Origin: Bdellovibrionota bacterium
Lineage (GTDB): Bacteria > Bdellovibrionota_C > UBA2361 > CAKMMH01
Length of the DNA: 64,000 bases
NCBI GenBank assembly: GCA_050952645.1
Contig: JBMNLI010000015.1
Span: 1-64,000, forward strand
Reading direction: 5' to 3'
A program made the position numbers and the translations under genes. How positions within the stretch are numbered: the first letter of the stretch is position 1; each line of letters begins with the position of its first letter. This document shows, piece after piece, positions 41,201 through 50,940 of the stretch. The notes beneath the pieces are model-generated. The model was given only the letters and a program-made list of their open reading frames with translations. It had not been told where the DNA came from and ran no database searches.

Positions 41201-43234
41201 GAGAGCGATACACAACTAGGCTCTGAGATATTAGTAAGAGAAGAGATGAATAGTTGTGAGTATGGTTGCGATAGTAAAATTAAGAAATGTAATGCAAAAG
41301 AGTGTGATGTAAGCTACGGAGATACTAGAGCAGGCAAAAGAGCTTGCATTGCTACTAAGCCAGTTTGTGAAAATGGAAGCTGTAAAAGTTGTAAAGACTA
41401 TGAGATATATAATAAAGAGCTATTAAAATGTGTGGAGTGTAATGTTGATGTAGATTGTAGAGATAAGGCTAAGCCATTTTGTAATTTAAATTTGTGTCAA
41501 GCTACTTGTAAAACAGATACGCAATGTAAAAATATAGATGCTAGTAAACCCGTATGTGATACTGCGTCAGGTTTATGCGTAGAATGCACTAGTAGTAATC
41601 AAACACAATGTAAAGAGACTAAACCTATATGCTTAAGCGATAATACTTGTGGCTGTAATGTAAACACTGATTGCCCTGTAGCTAATCCTTTTTGCTTAGA
41701 TAATAAAGTTTGCGTAAATAAATGCTCTAAAGATGCTGATTGCTTAGGCGATACTCCCGTATGTGATACTGCGTCAGGTTTATGCGTAGAGTGTGTTAAG
41801 AATGAAGATTGTAAAGAAGAAGCTAAGCCTATATGCTTAAGCGATAATACTTGTGGTTGTAATGATAGTAGTGTTTGTCCTGAAGACTTGCAATTTTGCT
41901 CAGATAATAAAGTTTGCGTAGAAAATTGCACTAGCGATGAAGAATGCAGGGCTAAAAATGAAACTAAACCTGTATGTAATGATACGACTGGAAAATGCGA
42001 AGAATGCGTGACGGATGTAGATTGTGATGGGGAGCGAGTGTGTAGTATAGATACTTATACTTGTGTAGAGTGTAAAGAGGATAAGGATTGTAAGGACGGG
42101 AAAGTATGCAACCTTGATACTAATACTTGTGTAGAATGTAATAAAGATGATGATTGCAATGGAAATGCTGTTTGCGATAAAGATATTTATAAATGCAAAG
42201 ATACGCAAAAAGCAGTGCTTCCTATATTTAATTGTGTAATTGATAACTTAGATGGAACTTACACGGCATATTTTGGTTATGAAAATCCTAATGCAGAGGT
42301 TATCGATATTCAAGCTTGCTCAAAGACTAAAGGAATTATAAATACCATTAATGACACTACTACTTTTTGCGAGCAGACTAGCAAGTTTAAAGTTGGAACT
42401 GTAAAAGGAGCTTTTTATATTCCATTTAATAAAGGACAAACGGTATTGTGGACTTTGCAAAATAGTAGCGAAGCTCCAAGAGTAGTTTCTGCTACGAGTG
42501 ATGCGGTAAGATGCACGCCATTAGAGCCTTATGCGCAATGTATAGATAAAAATAAAGATGGCTCGTATAAGGCGCATTTTGGGTATACTAATAAAAATGG
42601 TTTTGAGATTGAAATTCCAAATGGTTCTGCAAATTATTTATCGACGAAAGAAAATGTTCAACCTGAACACTTTTTTGTAGGTAAAATAGATAATGCGTTA
42701 AGCATAGATTTTACTAGTAGCATTACTTGGAATTTAAATGGAAAAGAAGCTACTATAACTAAAAAAACAAAGCCTTGTGTCGAGGTTAATTGCACCGAAA
42801 CATCTCTTATTAAAGTTAAGCACTCACTACACGGAGATGAGTTTGAGGCGATGCTTGAAACGCAAACTGAAAGCTTACTAAAAGAAAAAAAGCCTTTTCC
42901 TTTTATAAGAGATATTGAAGCTTCGGCAGATAGAAGAATAAATAGAGCTAAGAAAAACAACGATACGATTAAGAAGCTTGCTTTAAGGTTTCCAGATATA
43001 ATGTTTAATTGTGATAATGCAGATTTTTGTCCGCTTTACGATAATCAAGAAATATTAAATTCTATCGAAAGAAGATTAAGAAAACTTCGTAGACAAGTTG
43101 GCAGAACGGTTAGACAAAGAAATATTGACGCAAAGATTAGGACTAAACTTCTTAATAAAAACGCACAAATTTTAGCTAGCAAAATGGATATACTTAACTC
43201 TATTCCAAGGTTTGCTAACGATTGCGAAAGTTGA
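38258..43234 (+). CDS. Large secreted Cys-rich repeat protein B, paralog of A
   Basis: Shares the ~190-aa N-terminal domain and ~340-aa C-terminal region with A; different repeat core. Confidence 0.85.
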   Translation: MKKINKVSNIFLLFLVAISFLRVNVANATMSTSEAKHTESFGKSDLGSMYLFYTLEKALIDKGIATDLKCKYSSHPNKVPEVAYTAFGLDINNANDKASLEALLNNSTFPYCSSEFIRNMYVGRSVAANDETADEFCKAMGYEAYIVGSGQTSKYSSYGSELVVSFNVNNSKWELLPKAKDNKGTHYITLTCGTTKCMEDDDCEGGQVCKQGECLDVYTCLKDKAGRVVVSKNGVELTKEVKTDKCENNELYIYSCVVDRLIGSKIVISEEKTVCEYGCDNKTTQCYATECDVNYGDTTAGKRACPTISRPICNCDIGQCKACSNNEIYNEAKLKCVECNKDADCKNSAKPFCNLNLCQATCKTDAQCKAKNLSRQVCNNGVCVECVADSDCQGGKVCKNNSCLDKYTCVKDKTGKVSVYKNGVELETEAKKDKCVDDALFIYNCSATTLVGSKIVVNEEKTVCEYGCDTETKECYKTECDANYGDNVVGKRACKVLSSPVCENGNCVACPNSKVYNSAKKSCVECNTNANCKEEARPICLSDNTCGCSVNDDCPSARPVCENKNCVACPSSKVYNSAKKSCVECNTNANCKEEARPICLSDNTCGCNVNDDCPVDNPFCNTAIHQCTNKCVKNVDCKNKDLSKPVCDNGVCVECVADSDCQGEKVCKNNSCLDKYTCAKDDAGKVSVYKNGVELETEAKKDKCVDDALFIYNCSATTLVGSKIVVNEEKTVCEYGCDTETKECYKTECDANYGDNVVGKRACKVLSSPVCENGNCVACPNSKVYNSAKKSCVECNTNANCKEEARPICLSDNTCGCSVNDDCPVANPVCENGSCVACPNSKVYNSAKKSCVECNTNANCKEEARPICLSDNTCGCSVNDDCHADNPFCNTAIHQCTNKCVKNVDCKNKDLSKPVCDNGVCVECVADSDCQGEKVCKNNSCLDKYTCAKDDAGKVSVYKNGLEITVKLDKCENDKQYVYSCESDTQLGSEILVREEMNSCEYGCDSKIKKCNAKECDVSYGDTRAGKRACIATKPVCENGSCKSCKDYEIYNKELLKCVECNVDVDCRDKAKPFCNLNLCQATCKTDTQCKNIDASKPVCDTASGLCVECTSSNQTQCKETKPICLSDNTCGCNVNTDCPVANPFCLDNKVCVNKCSKDADCLGDTPVCDTASGLCVECVKNEDCKEEAKPICLSDNTCGCNDSSVCPEDLQFCSDNKVCVENCTSDEECRAKNETKPVCNDTTGKCEECVTDVDCDGERVCSIDTYTCVECKEDKDCKDGKVCNLDTNTCVECNKDDDCNGNAVCDKDIYKCKDTQKAVLPIFNCVIDNLDGTYTAYFGYENPNAEVIDIQACSKTKGIINTINDTTTFCEQTSKFKVGTVKGAFYIPFNKGQTVLWTLQNSSEAPRVVSATSDAVRCTPLEPYAQCIDKNKDGSYKAHFGYTNKNGFEIEIPNGSANYLSTKENVQPEHFFVGKIDNALSIDFTSSITWNLNGKEATITKKTKPCVEVNCTETSLIKVKHSLHGDEFEAMLETQTESLLKEKKPFPFIRDIEASADRRINRAKKNNDTIKKLALRFPDIMFNCDNADFCPLYDNQEILNSIERRLRKLRRQVGRTVRQRNIDAKIRTKLLNKNAQILASKMDILNSIPRFANDCES
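39394..41140 (+). repeat. 807-bp tandem repeats with nested 177-bp sub-repeats in protein B
   Basis: taatggagtttgcgtagagtgcg at 39394, 40201 and 41008; ccagtttgcgaaaat at 39755 and 39932. Confidence 0.88.
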
Positions 43235-43351
43235 TAAAAGAAAGTTTAAAAGAGGGGTTAGTCTTTTTTTAAATATTAACTATTTTAAATAAATATTTAT
43301 CATAGTATACTATGAGTTGAGTTTCCAATTTTTTATAAAGGAGATTTTATT

Positions 43352-43732
43352 ATGGATAATCCTCAAGATTATAAATATACTAAAGAGCATCAATGGGTAG
43401 CGATAAAAGGCGATACGGCAATTATAGGCATTACAGATTATGCTCAATCTGAGCTAGGTGAGATAGTTTTTATTGAGCTTCCAAGTGTTGGGGATAGTAT
43501 TAAAAAAGATGCTGTTTTATGCGTTGCTGAGTCTACTAAAACTGCTTCAGATGTTCACGTTCCAATCTCTGGAGATATCGTAGAGGTAAATGAGGAGTTA
43601 GAAGATAATCCTAGTTTAATAAATAAAGATCCTTATAAGAGCGGTTGGATAATAAAAATAGCTAACTTTAGCAAAAGCGAGTTTGAAAGTTTAATGTCTA
43701 CCTCTGAATACCAAGCTTACATAGCTCATTAA
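43352..43732 (+). CDS. gcvH: Glycine cleavage system H protein
   Basis: YTKEHQW; GITDYAQSELGEIVF; ESTK lipoyl site; NKDPY..GW. Confidence 0.95.
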   Translation: MDNPQDYKYTKEHQWVAIKGDTAIIGITDYAQSELGEIVFIELPSVGDSIKKDAVLCVAESTKTASDVHVPISGDIVEVNEELEDNPSLINKDPYKSGWIIKIANFSKSEFESLMSTSEYQAYIAH

Positions 43733-43897
43733 AAATTACCTCTGGCTAAAGCTTTCGTCAATTTTATTTTAAGCTATATTAAACTTAAAGAACTTTTAAA
43801 AGGTGTTGATGTTAATATAAAATTTTCTAAAAAAGATTAAAGTTATCCTTAGGTTTTTCGAGTAAATTTATATTGACATTAACAAAAAATATTATTT

Positions 43898-45331
43898 TCA
43901 TTCTTGTAATCGTCTAATTCTCTTATTTATTATATAGCCCACATAAAAAATAATAAGCGGAAAAATAAGGGCACTTAATGATGATATTATAACAAGATCT
44001 TCTATATTATGTAAGTTCGAATAAATACTTAGGGGAAGTGATAAGAAAATAGCACTACCAATAGCAAAAGGAATAGCAATTGGTAATGACAGTTTGCCAA
44101 ATAATGTTAATATTGTTGGAAAAAAGCCTGCAGCTCTAATGGTTCCTATTATGAAAAACATAGCTTTTAAATTGGGTTTTAAAAATGCTATGATTGTACT
44201 TATGATTGCGATTGAAATTATGAAAAGGCGAGAAATATTTATAGCAGATAATTTCTTATTTTTTTTGAGGTAGGTTTCATAAATATCAACATAGCCTATA
44301 GAACATGTTGCACACAATGCTGAGTCTATCGTAGAGCACAACCCTGCTAAAATCGTAATGCAATAGAATGAAATAACGAATTTCTCAAATAGAGAACTTA
44401 TTACAATACCTCCTATTAGTTGCTCATCATTTAGCAATATTTTTCCAGATCTGAAAAGTTCTACACCGATATATCCTAATAATGAGAGTGCAAAAGGGAC
44501 AATTATATACATTAATGATGCCGATAAAAAAGATTTAGTTACATTGTTTTTATTACTGCCCATAACACGTTGAAAAAACATTTGGTCAGTAATTGGTCCT
44601 GTCCATAGCGTTATAAAAGAAGGAATAGCAAAATATTTAATGGTGTTAATATCTAATAAATTGATATTGTTGTGTAATCCTCCAATATTATTGCGAATGG
44701 TTTCAATTCCACCAGTTTTGTATATGGCAATAGGGATAATGATAATAATAAAAGCATATATAATTATCATTTCAAAACAATCTGTTATTATAGAAGCTTG
44801 AAAACCACTAATTAAAGAATAGGCTGTGGTGATTGCGATTATAAGCAATATTACGACATTTGTATTAATCCCAGTAAGCATTGATATTAGCTTTGCTCCA
44901 ATTACTGAATTTAAGACGAGAGCTGTTATCTGACATAGTAAAATTAACAATATATATGTAAAATGGACTGTCGTGTTATTTTTATATTTTTTTCTCATAA
45001 ATTCAGCGAGCGTATAGCCATATGGTAAGTAATTTTTAAATTTTTGTGCAAAGAATATGTAAATATAAAAACATGTAAAGTTCGGTAATAAAAACCAAAA
45101 TACTCCTACATATCCAGATGTAAATGCTTGAGAAGAAGATAAGAAAAGAGCTGGCCCCCATATCCAAGTCGCCGCTATACTTAACCCATTAAATATCCAA
45201 GGGACACTTCTGTTTGCTACTAAAAATGTATCAATATTAAAATTTTTTACATTGAAAATACACGTAATAAATATATTTGACAGCGCAAATATAGCAAATA
45301 CTATGTATCCATCTATTTTTGAGAGAAACAA
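43898..45331 (-). CDS. Sodium:solute symporter (SSS) family transporter
   Basis: FLVANR..SIAATWIWGPALF; YSLISGFQASIITD; DQMFFQR; AGLCSTIDSAL; many TM helices. Confidence 0.88.
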   Translation of the reverse strand: MFLSKIDGYIVFAIFALSNIFITCIFNVKNFNIDTFLVANRSVPWIFNGLSIAATWIWGPALFLSSSQAFTSGYVGVFWFLLPNFTCFYIYIFFAQKFKNYLPYGYTLAEFMRKKYKNNTTVHFTYILLILLCQITALVLNSVIGAKLISMLTGINTNVVILLIIAITTAYSLISGFQASIITDCFEMIIIYAFIIIIIPIAIYKTGGIETIRNNIGGLHNNINLLDINTIKYFAIPSFITLWTGPITDQMFFQRVMGSNKNNVTKSFLSASLMYIIVPFALSLLGYIGVELFRSGKILLNDEQLIGGIVISSLFEKFVISFYCITILAGLCSTIDSALCATCSIGYVDIYETYLKKNKKLSAINISRLFIISIAIISTIIAFLKPNLKAMFFIIGTIRAAGFFPTILTLFGKLSLPIAIPFAIGSAIFLSLPLSIYSNLHNIEDLVIISSLSALIFPLIIFYVGYIINKRIRRLQE

Positions 45332-45339
45332 GGCGACCT

Positions 45340-45996
45340 TTAAATTCTAATAGGGAAAATATTATTTACATATCTTTGAGCCATGATCATAATTTTTAAG
45401 TAATACCCAGATATAAAAACTCGTTCTTTATATAAATTAAAATCTTTTTGTGAAATTTTTCTTGTATCTTTTGTATATTTATTATTTTCAAAAATTTTTC
45501 CATCGATATCTACATATTGCTTCTTGTCAAAAAATAATAGAATGGCGTCGTTTATATTTAATTCAAATATGCCATATACCTCACCTATCTGAAGGTTGAA
45601 ATCGGTCAAAACACTCTGCGTGTTAGCCATAAATACATTACAAAATTCGTAATTTTTATAATTATGACTAGTATATATGTTTCGAAAGACTCCTAAAAAC
45701 TGCTTGTCTGATAAGATTATATTTTTTCCAAGTTCTTCAGTAAGTTCTCTAAAGCCATCTTCTGGAGTTTCACCTGACATTAAATGTCCACTCGCAGATG
45801 CATCAAAAGTATTAGGACCAATTCTATTTTTGGAACCTCTGAGTTGGATATAAATAATATTTTTTTCTTTATTTATTAACCAACAAGCAAATGTTTGATG
45901 CCATAGACCTTTTTGGTGAACATTGTCAATAGATGCTTGATAGGGGGCAATTTTGTTGTACATTTCGTCAAATATGTCTATTTCTTCCATACACAT
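45340..45996 (-). CDS. Nudix hydrolase (IDI/YfcD-like)
   Basis: HQKGLWH; GHLMSGETPEDGFRELTEELG Nudix box. Confidence 0.85.
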   Translation of the reverse strand: MCMEEIDIFDEMYNKIAPYQASIDNVHQKGLWHQTFACWLINKEKNIIYIQLRGSKNRIGPNTFDASASGHLMSGETPEDGFRELTEELGKNIILSDKQFLGVFRNIYTSHNYKNYEFCNVFMANTQSVLTDFNLQIGEVYGIFELNINDAILLFFDKKQYVDIDGKIFENNKYTKDTRKISQKDFNLYKERVFISGYYLKIMIMAQRYVNNIFPIRI

Positions 45997-46125
45997 TTCT
46001 TTCTTTGTATATTTTTTATTTATATTTTCAATAAATTAAAAGTATTTTTTCAATAATGATTGATAATATTTCTTTTTTTGTACAAAATCAATATGTAATT
46101 TTTAAAAATTTTGAGGATAATAAAA

Positions 46126-47808
46126 ATGTTGTTTGATAATAATGTCGTACATAAAAATAATTATGCATTTGATGATTTGTCAAAATGGAAAATTATAAAT
46201 TATAGGTCAATTAACGATTTAATAACTGCAGAATTTCTTCACGATTTATACAACCAAGCTGAACTACAGATAAATCCTGTTCGTTTTAGAAATACAGTAT
46301 GTGTGATTGAAAATGGTGGTTTTAAAAGTTATGCACCAATTGTTGAATGGGAAGCTATGGCAAAAATTTTAGGGAATAATTTAATAATGAGCCAATCATT
46401 AAGAGAAAAATTTTCAGATTACCTAGAAAGACCACAAGCTGAGCTATTGGAATTCATTGAAAAATTAGAGAAACGGTATGTTATAGAAAAAAACAACATT
46501 TCAAAAGAAGAAATATTTTATGATTTATCTCAACTTCATTTTTTAGCTTTAAATCAAATTTATGCGATTAATTTAGTTCAGTTTGAACATGCTTTAGATT
46601 TCGCAATAAAAAAAATTAATGATAGTAAACATTTAAATTGGAATGATTTATTGTTTACAACTTCATTAACAAAAAGCGGTGAAGAGAAATTGCGAATGCT
46701 GGAATTATCTTTAGATATAACGGATAAGAAGTTATCATTTGACGATGCGATTGCAATTTATAATAATGAATTTTCATTTTTATTTTGTGCATATGGTGCA
46801 AAAGTTTTTGATTTTCAAAAACATTCAGAAAAAAAAATGCATGAAATATTGGATACAAGTGTCGATGAGAGAAGAAAGCAAATAGAAATTATAAAAAATA
46901 AAAAAGAAAGCATAGTAAAAAGTAAGGACTTGTCTTTACTTAATTCGCTAGCTGATTTAGCTACTAAACTTGCTACTCGTCGAGATAACAATAAAGCTCT
47001 AATGGGTAAAGTTGCAAAACTAAGAGCGTGTATATTAGATACCATACAAGTATTAACAAATATAAATCGTCAAGAACTAAATTTTTATTTTTTAAATGAT
47101 TTATACAATCTTTTAGTGGAGGGGAAAAAACTTTCTAGTGATATAATAAAAAAAAGAAGTGGAAGAATCGTATTAAAACGCGAAGAAAAAGTTTTATATC
47201 AAAGTGAAGCTATAAAATTATCTGAAGTTATATTATCCAAACATAACTATACTGACAGTCATTATTTAAAAGGAGAAATAGCAAGTGGCGGGAAAGTTCG
47301 AGGTTATGTAAGAAAGGTATTAAATATGATGGACGCCATGAAGATAGCTCCTAATGAAATATTGGTTGCTTATGGAACCGATTTTGATCTAATCACTGGT
47401 CTACAAAATTGTGCTGGAGTTGTTACTGAAGAAGGAGGGATTTTAAGTCATGCATCTGTAATATCAAGAGAGTTGTCAAAGCCTTGTTTAATAAATGTAG
47501 AAGATGTTATGAGTATATTGCAAAATGGATGGTTTATTGAATTAGACGCAGATAATGAAAGGATAAAAATACTTAAAACAAATAAAGGTAATGAAAGCAA
47601 ATTGCAACTTTTATCTAATATTCCAATGCAATTTATCAAAGGGGAAAAAGCGAAAAATTTAAGAATATTGTCTGATAATAATATACCAGTAATGATGGGT
47701 TTTTTGATTGATGTATCTTCAGAAATTAATTTGATAAATGTGGCACAAGAAATTGTAATGCGACTTCTTCCTAAATTTTCATCTTGTATAGTAAGAAGCA
47801 TTCTTTGA
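46126..47808 (+). CDS. Dikinase-like protein, 5' part: helical domain + phospho-His swivel domain + start of the ATP-grasp domain
   Basis: GEIASGGKVRG..EILVA..T..GVVTEEGGILSHASVISREL.KPC; GEKAKNL; ends inside the VRS motif. Confidence 0.85.
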   Translation: MLFDNNVVHKNNYAFDDLSKWKIINYRSINDLITAEFLHDLYNQAELQINPVRFRNTVCVIENGGFKSYAPIVEWEAMAKILGNNLIMSQSLREKFSDYLERPQAELLEFIEKLEKRYVIEKNNISKEEIFYDLSQLHFLALNQIYAINLVQFEHALDFAIKKINDSKHLNWNDLLFTTSLTKSGEEKLRMLELSLDITDKKLSFDDAIAIYNNEFSFLFCAYGAKVFDFQKHSEKKMHEILDTSVDERRKQIEIIKNKKESIVKSKDLSLLNSLADLATKLATRRDNNKALMGKVAKLRACILDTIQVLTNINRQELNFYFLNDLYNLLVEGKKLSSDIIKKRSGRIVLKREEKVLYQSEAIKLSEVILSKHNYTDSHYLKGEIASGGKVRGYVRKVLNMMDAMKIAPNEILVAYGTDFDLITGLQNCAGVVTEEGGILSHASVISRELSKPCLINVEDVMSILQNGWFIELDADNERIKILKTNKGNESKLQLLSNIPMQFIKGEKAKNLRILSDNNIPVMMGFLIDVSSEINLINVAQEIVMRLLPKFSSCIVRSIL

Positions 47809-48986
47809 TGGAAGATTTAAAGTTTCAATCAATGGCAGGAAACTTTGAATCTATTATATGTCAATTAGAAGAAGCGGCTGTTCTTAAGGCTATTCATGAA
47901 GTAGTGGCATCTTATGATACTCCTAAAATAGGAATGTTGCCTAGAATAAAATCAAGTTCTGTATTGGTTCAACCGTATTACAAGCAAATAATTGGTGGCG
48001 TGGCTTTTTCGCATAATCCAGTTAATGGAAGGCGAGAATTGATAGTTGAATCTAGTAGTTTAGGGGCTGATGCTGTTGTGAATGGCAAATCTGAGAAATT
48101 AGTTATACCAAATGTAGTTTCTCAAGAATTAAAAAAGTATATGGAAAAAATTGAGAAAATATTAAAATGTCCAATAGATGTAGAATGGGGGTATGGTGAT
48201 GATGGAATAAAAATATTTCAAGCACGTCCAATAGTTTTTAAAAATAAAATGGCGAGAATGGATAATAAGAAAAGGTTATTAGTAATTGCTGGTGGGCAAG
48301 GCAATAGAATTAAGAAAATGTTTAATACAAGCAATATTCCTTTTACCAAACATGTACTGCCACTACCGACAAATGGTAGAAATGTAATTGGTGCAATTGT
48401 TGATAGGGCAAAAAAATCATTTAGCAATGTAGATATAATTGCAAGTGATTCTACTATCCCATTTTTTACTCCATTGTTTGAGCAAGAAAATAATTTAAAA
48501 ATTATAAATGACCATAAAATGTTCGGACCTCTCTATTATCCTTTTATATACTTAATAAAAACAAAACAAAGAGTGTATGCTTGTTGTGGAGACATATATA
48601 GCGATTTCAATTGGGAAGATATGGAAATTTTTCATAATAAACATGCAGGTTGTGTAACAGCATTAGTTTCTAAGAGTTTTCCTACGCAGAATGCAGCTTG
48701 TTTTGAAATTGATAGTGATAGCCGTATTGTAAAATATACAAGAAGAGAAAATTCTGAAAAAGACCTGATAAATATTGGTGCTTACATCTTTGATTGGTCT
48801 TCAAGCTTATCTGAAATAATAAAGGAACTAATAATAAATAAAAATTGTAAAGAAGATTTGTTTTTTAAAAAATGCATAGATTACAATATATTATATGGTT
48901 ATACTACAAACGAATTATCTTGTAACATAAACACACCAGAAACTTATAATAGCCTTATTGATAAATTAAAGATGGCAAATTTCTAA
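47784..48986 (+). CDS. 3' part of the frameshifted fusion: PPDK-type ATP-grasp domain + NTP-transferase domain
   Basis: ED..SMAG.FES; VLVQ..GGVAFS.NP; DVEW..IFQARPI; then IAGGQGNRI..KHVLP..GD..INIGAYIF..NINTPE. Confidence 0.8.
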   Translation: MYSKKHSLMEDLKFQSMAGNFESIICQLEEAAVLKAIHEVVASYDTPKIGMLPRIKSSSVLVQPYYKQIIGGVAFSHNPVNGRRELIVESSSLGADAVVNGKSEKLVIPNVVSQELKKYMEKIEKILKCPIDVEWGYGDDGIKIFQARPIVFKNKMARMDNKKRLLVIAGGQGNRIKKMFNTSNIPFTKHVLPLPTNGRNVIGAIVDRAKKSFSNVDIIASDSTIPFFTPLFEQENNLKIINDHKMFGPLYYPFIYLIKTKQRVYACCGDIYSDFNWEDMEIFHNKHAGCVTALVSKSFPTQNAACFEIDSDSRIVKYTRRENSEKDLINIGAYIFDWSSSLSEIIKELIINKNCKEDLFFKKCIDYNILYGYTTNELSCNINTPETYNSLIDKLKMANF

Positions 48987-49002
48987 ATTTCTGTTTTTTA
49001 TG

Positions 49003-49203
49003 TGAACTACACTCAATATTTTGGACGTGAAATTTCGTGTATTTGAAAATCTAAATAAAATAAATTATAAATTCAGGACTTATTCCTCTATGGGGTTGTG
49101 CTAACACAACCTTATAGAGGAAGCGAAAATCCCACAACTATTGATTATAAAAACTAGCTTCCATTTCATTAGGTGTTAAATAGCCTAGTGAACTGTGTGG
49201 CCG
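49003..49203 (-). mobile_element. IS3-family (IS150-like) right-end remnant
   Basis: Minus strand reads RPHSSLGYLTPNEME..stop; tgaactacactcaatattttggac resembles IS150-type IRs. Confidence 0.65.
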
Positions 49204-49307
49204 CTAGCGGATTGTCAAATTAAACTAGACACTTTTTGTTTTAAAAAAGTGCCACTGTGATATACTCTAACAAAATTGTTTATTTATTATTAAAAGGAGT
49301 ATATCAA

Positions 49308-49535
49308 ATGGCACACAGACATCTTACCATAGATGAAGTAATTTATATAGAGCGTTATCACAAAACTAATACAAAAGTTAGTGAAATATGTGAAATTATG
49401 GTTCGTTCACGGTAAACGGTTTACAATGTTATTAACTTTTTAGAGTCTGGTGGTAATGCTACAGAATATTACGATAGATATAAAGCGAATAAGAGTAGGT
49501 GTGGAGCTAAAAAGAAAACACTAGTTTTTGTTTAA
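49308..49535 (+). pseudogene. IS30-family transposase 5' fragment with an internal stop
   Basis: MAHRHLTIDE..RSR*TVYNV..EYYDRYKANKSRCG; RBS aaggag; TAA at 49413. Confidence 0.75.
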
Positions 49536-49562
49536 AAATTTTTAAAATTTTTGTAAAAAAAC

Positions 49563-50507
49563 TTAATTAAATAAACATGTTAGGGAAAATATAATATTAG
49601 GAAATCTAAATATAAAATTAGTTTTTCGATGTAGACTATATAAAAAATGGGAATTTAGGTAACGTCTTGCAATCGTATCATTTCTTTGCTCTACGTGTGA
49701 ATTATCATTAGATTGATATTCTCTCGATCTTGTTATAATTATAGGCTCCCTTCCACGTTCTAGCCTTTCTTCATTAAGATATTTAAGCATATGTGTATTA
49801 AGCATTTCAGTTCCATTGTCCGAATCATAACCTTTCAAATCAAATGGTAAACCATCTTCTATATCTTCAAACACTCTTACAATACCAAGAGAGCCTTTTC
49901 CATAAGTACACCTAGCTTCTGTCCATAATGTATTTATATCTACAGATGTAAAGCTATAAATAAATTCTCCAGATAAACTACCACCACAGTGTGCAACTGT
50001 GTCAGCTTCAATATGTCCAGGTATCTTTACATCCCATATATTTTTTTGCACAGGTATCTCTTTTCTAAAAGTGCTAGGACGTGTAGTGCTTTTACCCTTT
50101 AGTCCTTTGTATTCCTTTAGTATTCTATCTATTGTAGCTCTACTAACAGATAGTAATAAAGCACGCACTTCTTCATCATATTTTACGCCCATATATTCCT
50201 CAATACTTTTAACCCAAACTTTCATATCTGCTTTTAGTATTCCAGAACACGAATAGTCGTGAAGCTTCCAAATTTCCTTTAATGCCTTTTTAAAATCTTC
50301 TCTTTGATAAATACCTTTCCTACCAACCCTCTTAGGTTTTAAAGGTCTACCTTGCTTCCTTGGCTTAGTAAGTCTTATAGCTTGACGATAGCCAACACCT
50401 AACTTTTCTTGAATTTCCTTTAAGACAGCTCCTTTACTTTTCTTGTCAAGTTTATGATAACGAGCCTTAATCGAATTTAAATATAATTCTCTTTCATACT
50501 TTTCCAT
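49563..50507 (-). mobile_element. rve-type DDE transposase (ISNCY-like), C-terminally truncated
   Basis: PGHIEADTVAHCG; DINTLWTE; DSDNGTE; SREYQSNDNSHVEQRN; repeated gtgacatct(a)attatgag.caa end motifs at 50549 and 50606. Confidence 0.8.
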
Positions 50508-50762
50508 AGACACCACCTGTATAATAAAAACACGGTTTATATATTTCAGTGACATCTATTATGAGCCAACGCTTCATTTTTTTAACATATTAGAATGACC
50601 ATTCGGTGACATCTAATTATGAGTCAAATCGAAAAAGCTCTTTTTATATTTTTAATTATTGACTTTTAGAGTAATTTTGTTAGTATACAAGGATATGATT
50701 TTGAAAAAAATCGTTTTTTATCATTAGTGATAATGTTATTAATGATAGATACTCTTTAATGG

Positions 50763-50838
50763 GGGCGCTTAGCTCAATTGGTAGAGCGTCAGCCTTACAA
50801 GCTGGGGGTTATAGGTTCGAGTCCTATAGCGCCCACCA
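50763..50838 (+). tRNA. tRNA-Val (anticodon TAC)
   Basis: GGGCGCT/AGCGCCC acceptor stem, D-arm, anticodon loop cttacaa, GGTTCGAGTCC T-arm, encoded CCA. Confidence 0.97.
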
Positions 50839-50940
50839 TTTTTCTTTTTTATCATTTCTTTTTTTCTTCTTTTTTTCTTCTTTTTCTTCTTCTTTTTCCC
50901 TTTCTTTCCTTTCGCTCTAATTTAATTTTTTCTTTGGATG

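Noticed and set aside
43898..50838. tRNA-Val-integrated island with att sites
   Set aside because: The island lies 5' of the tRNA, no duplicated tRNA 3' end was seen, and there is no tyrosine or serine integrase.
50839..50935. Pyrimidine-rich tract after the tRNA as a structured RNA
   Set aside because: Simple T/C low complexity with no pairing potential.
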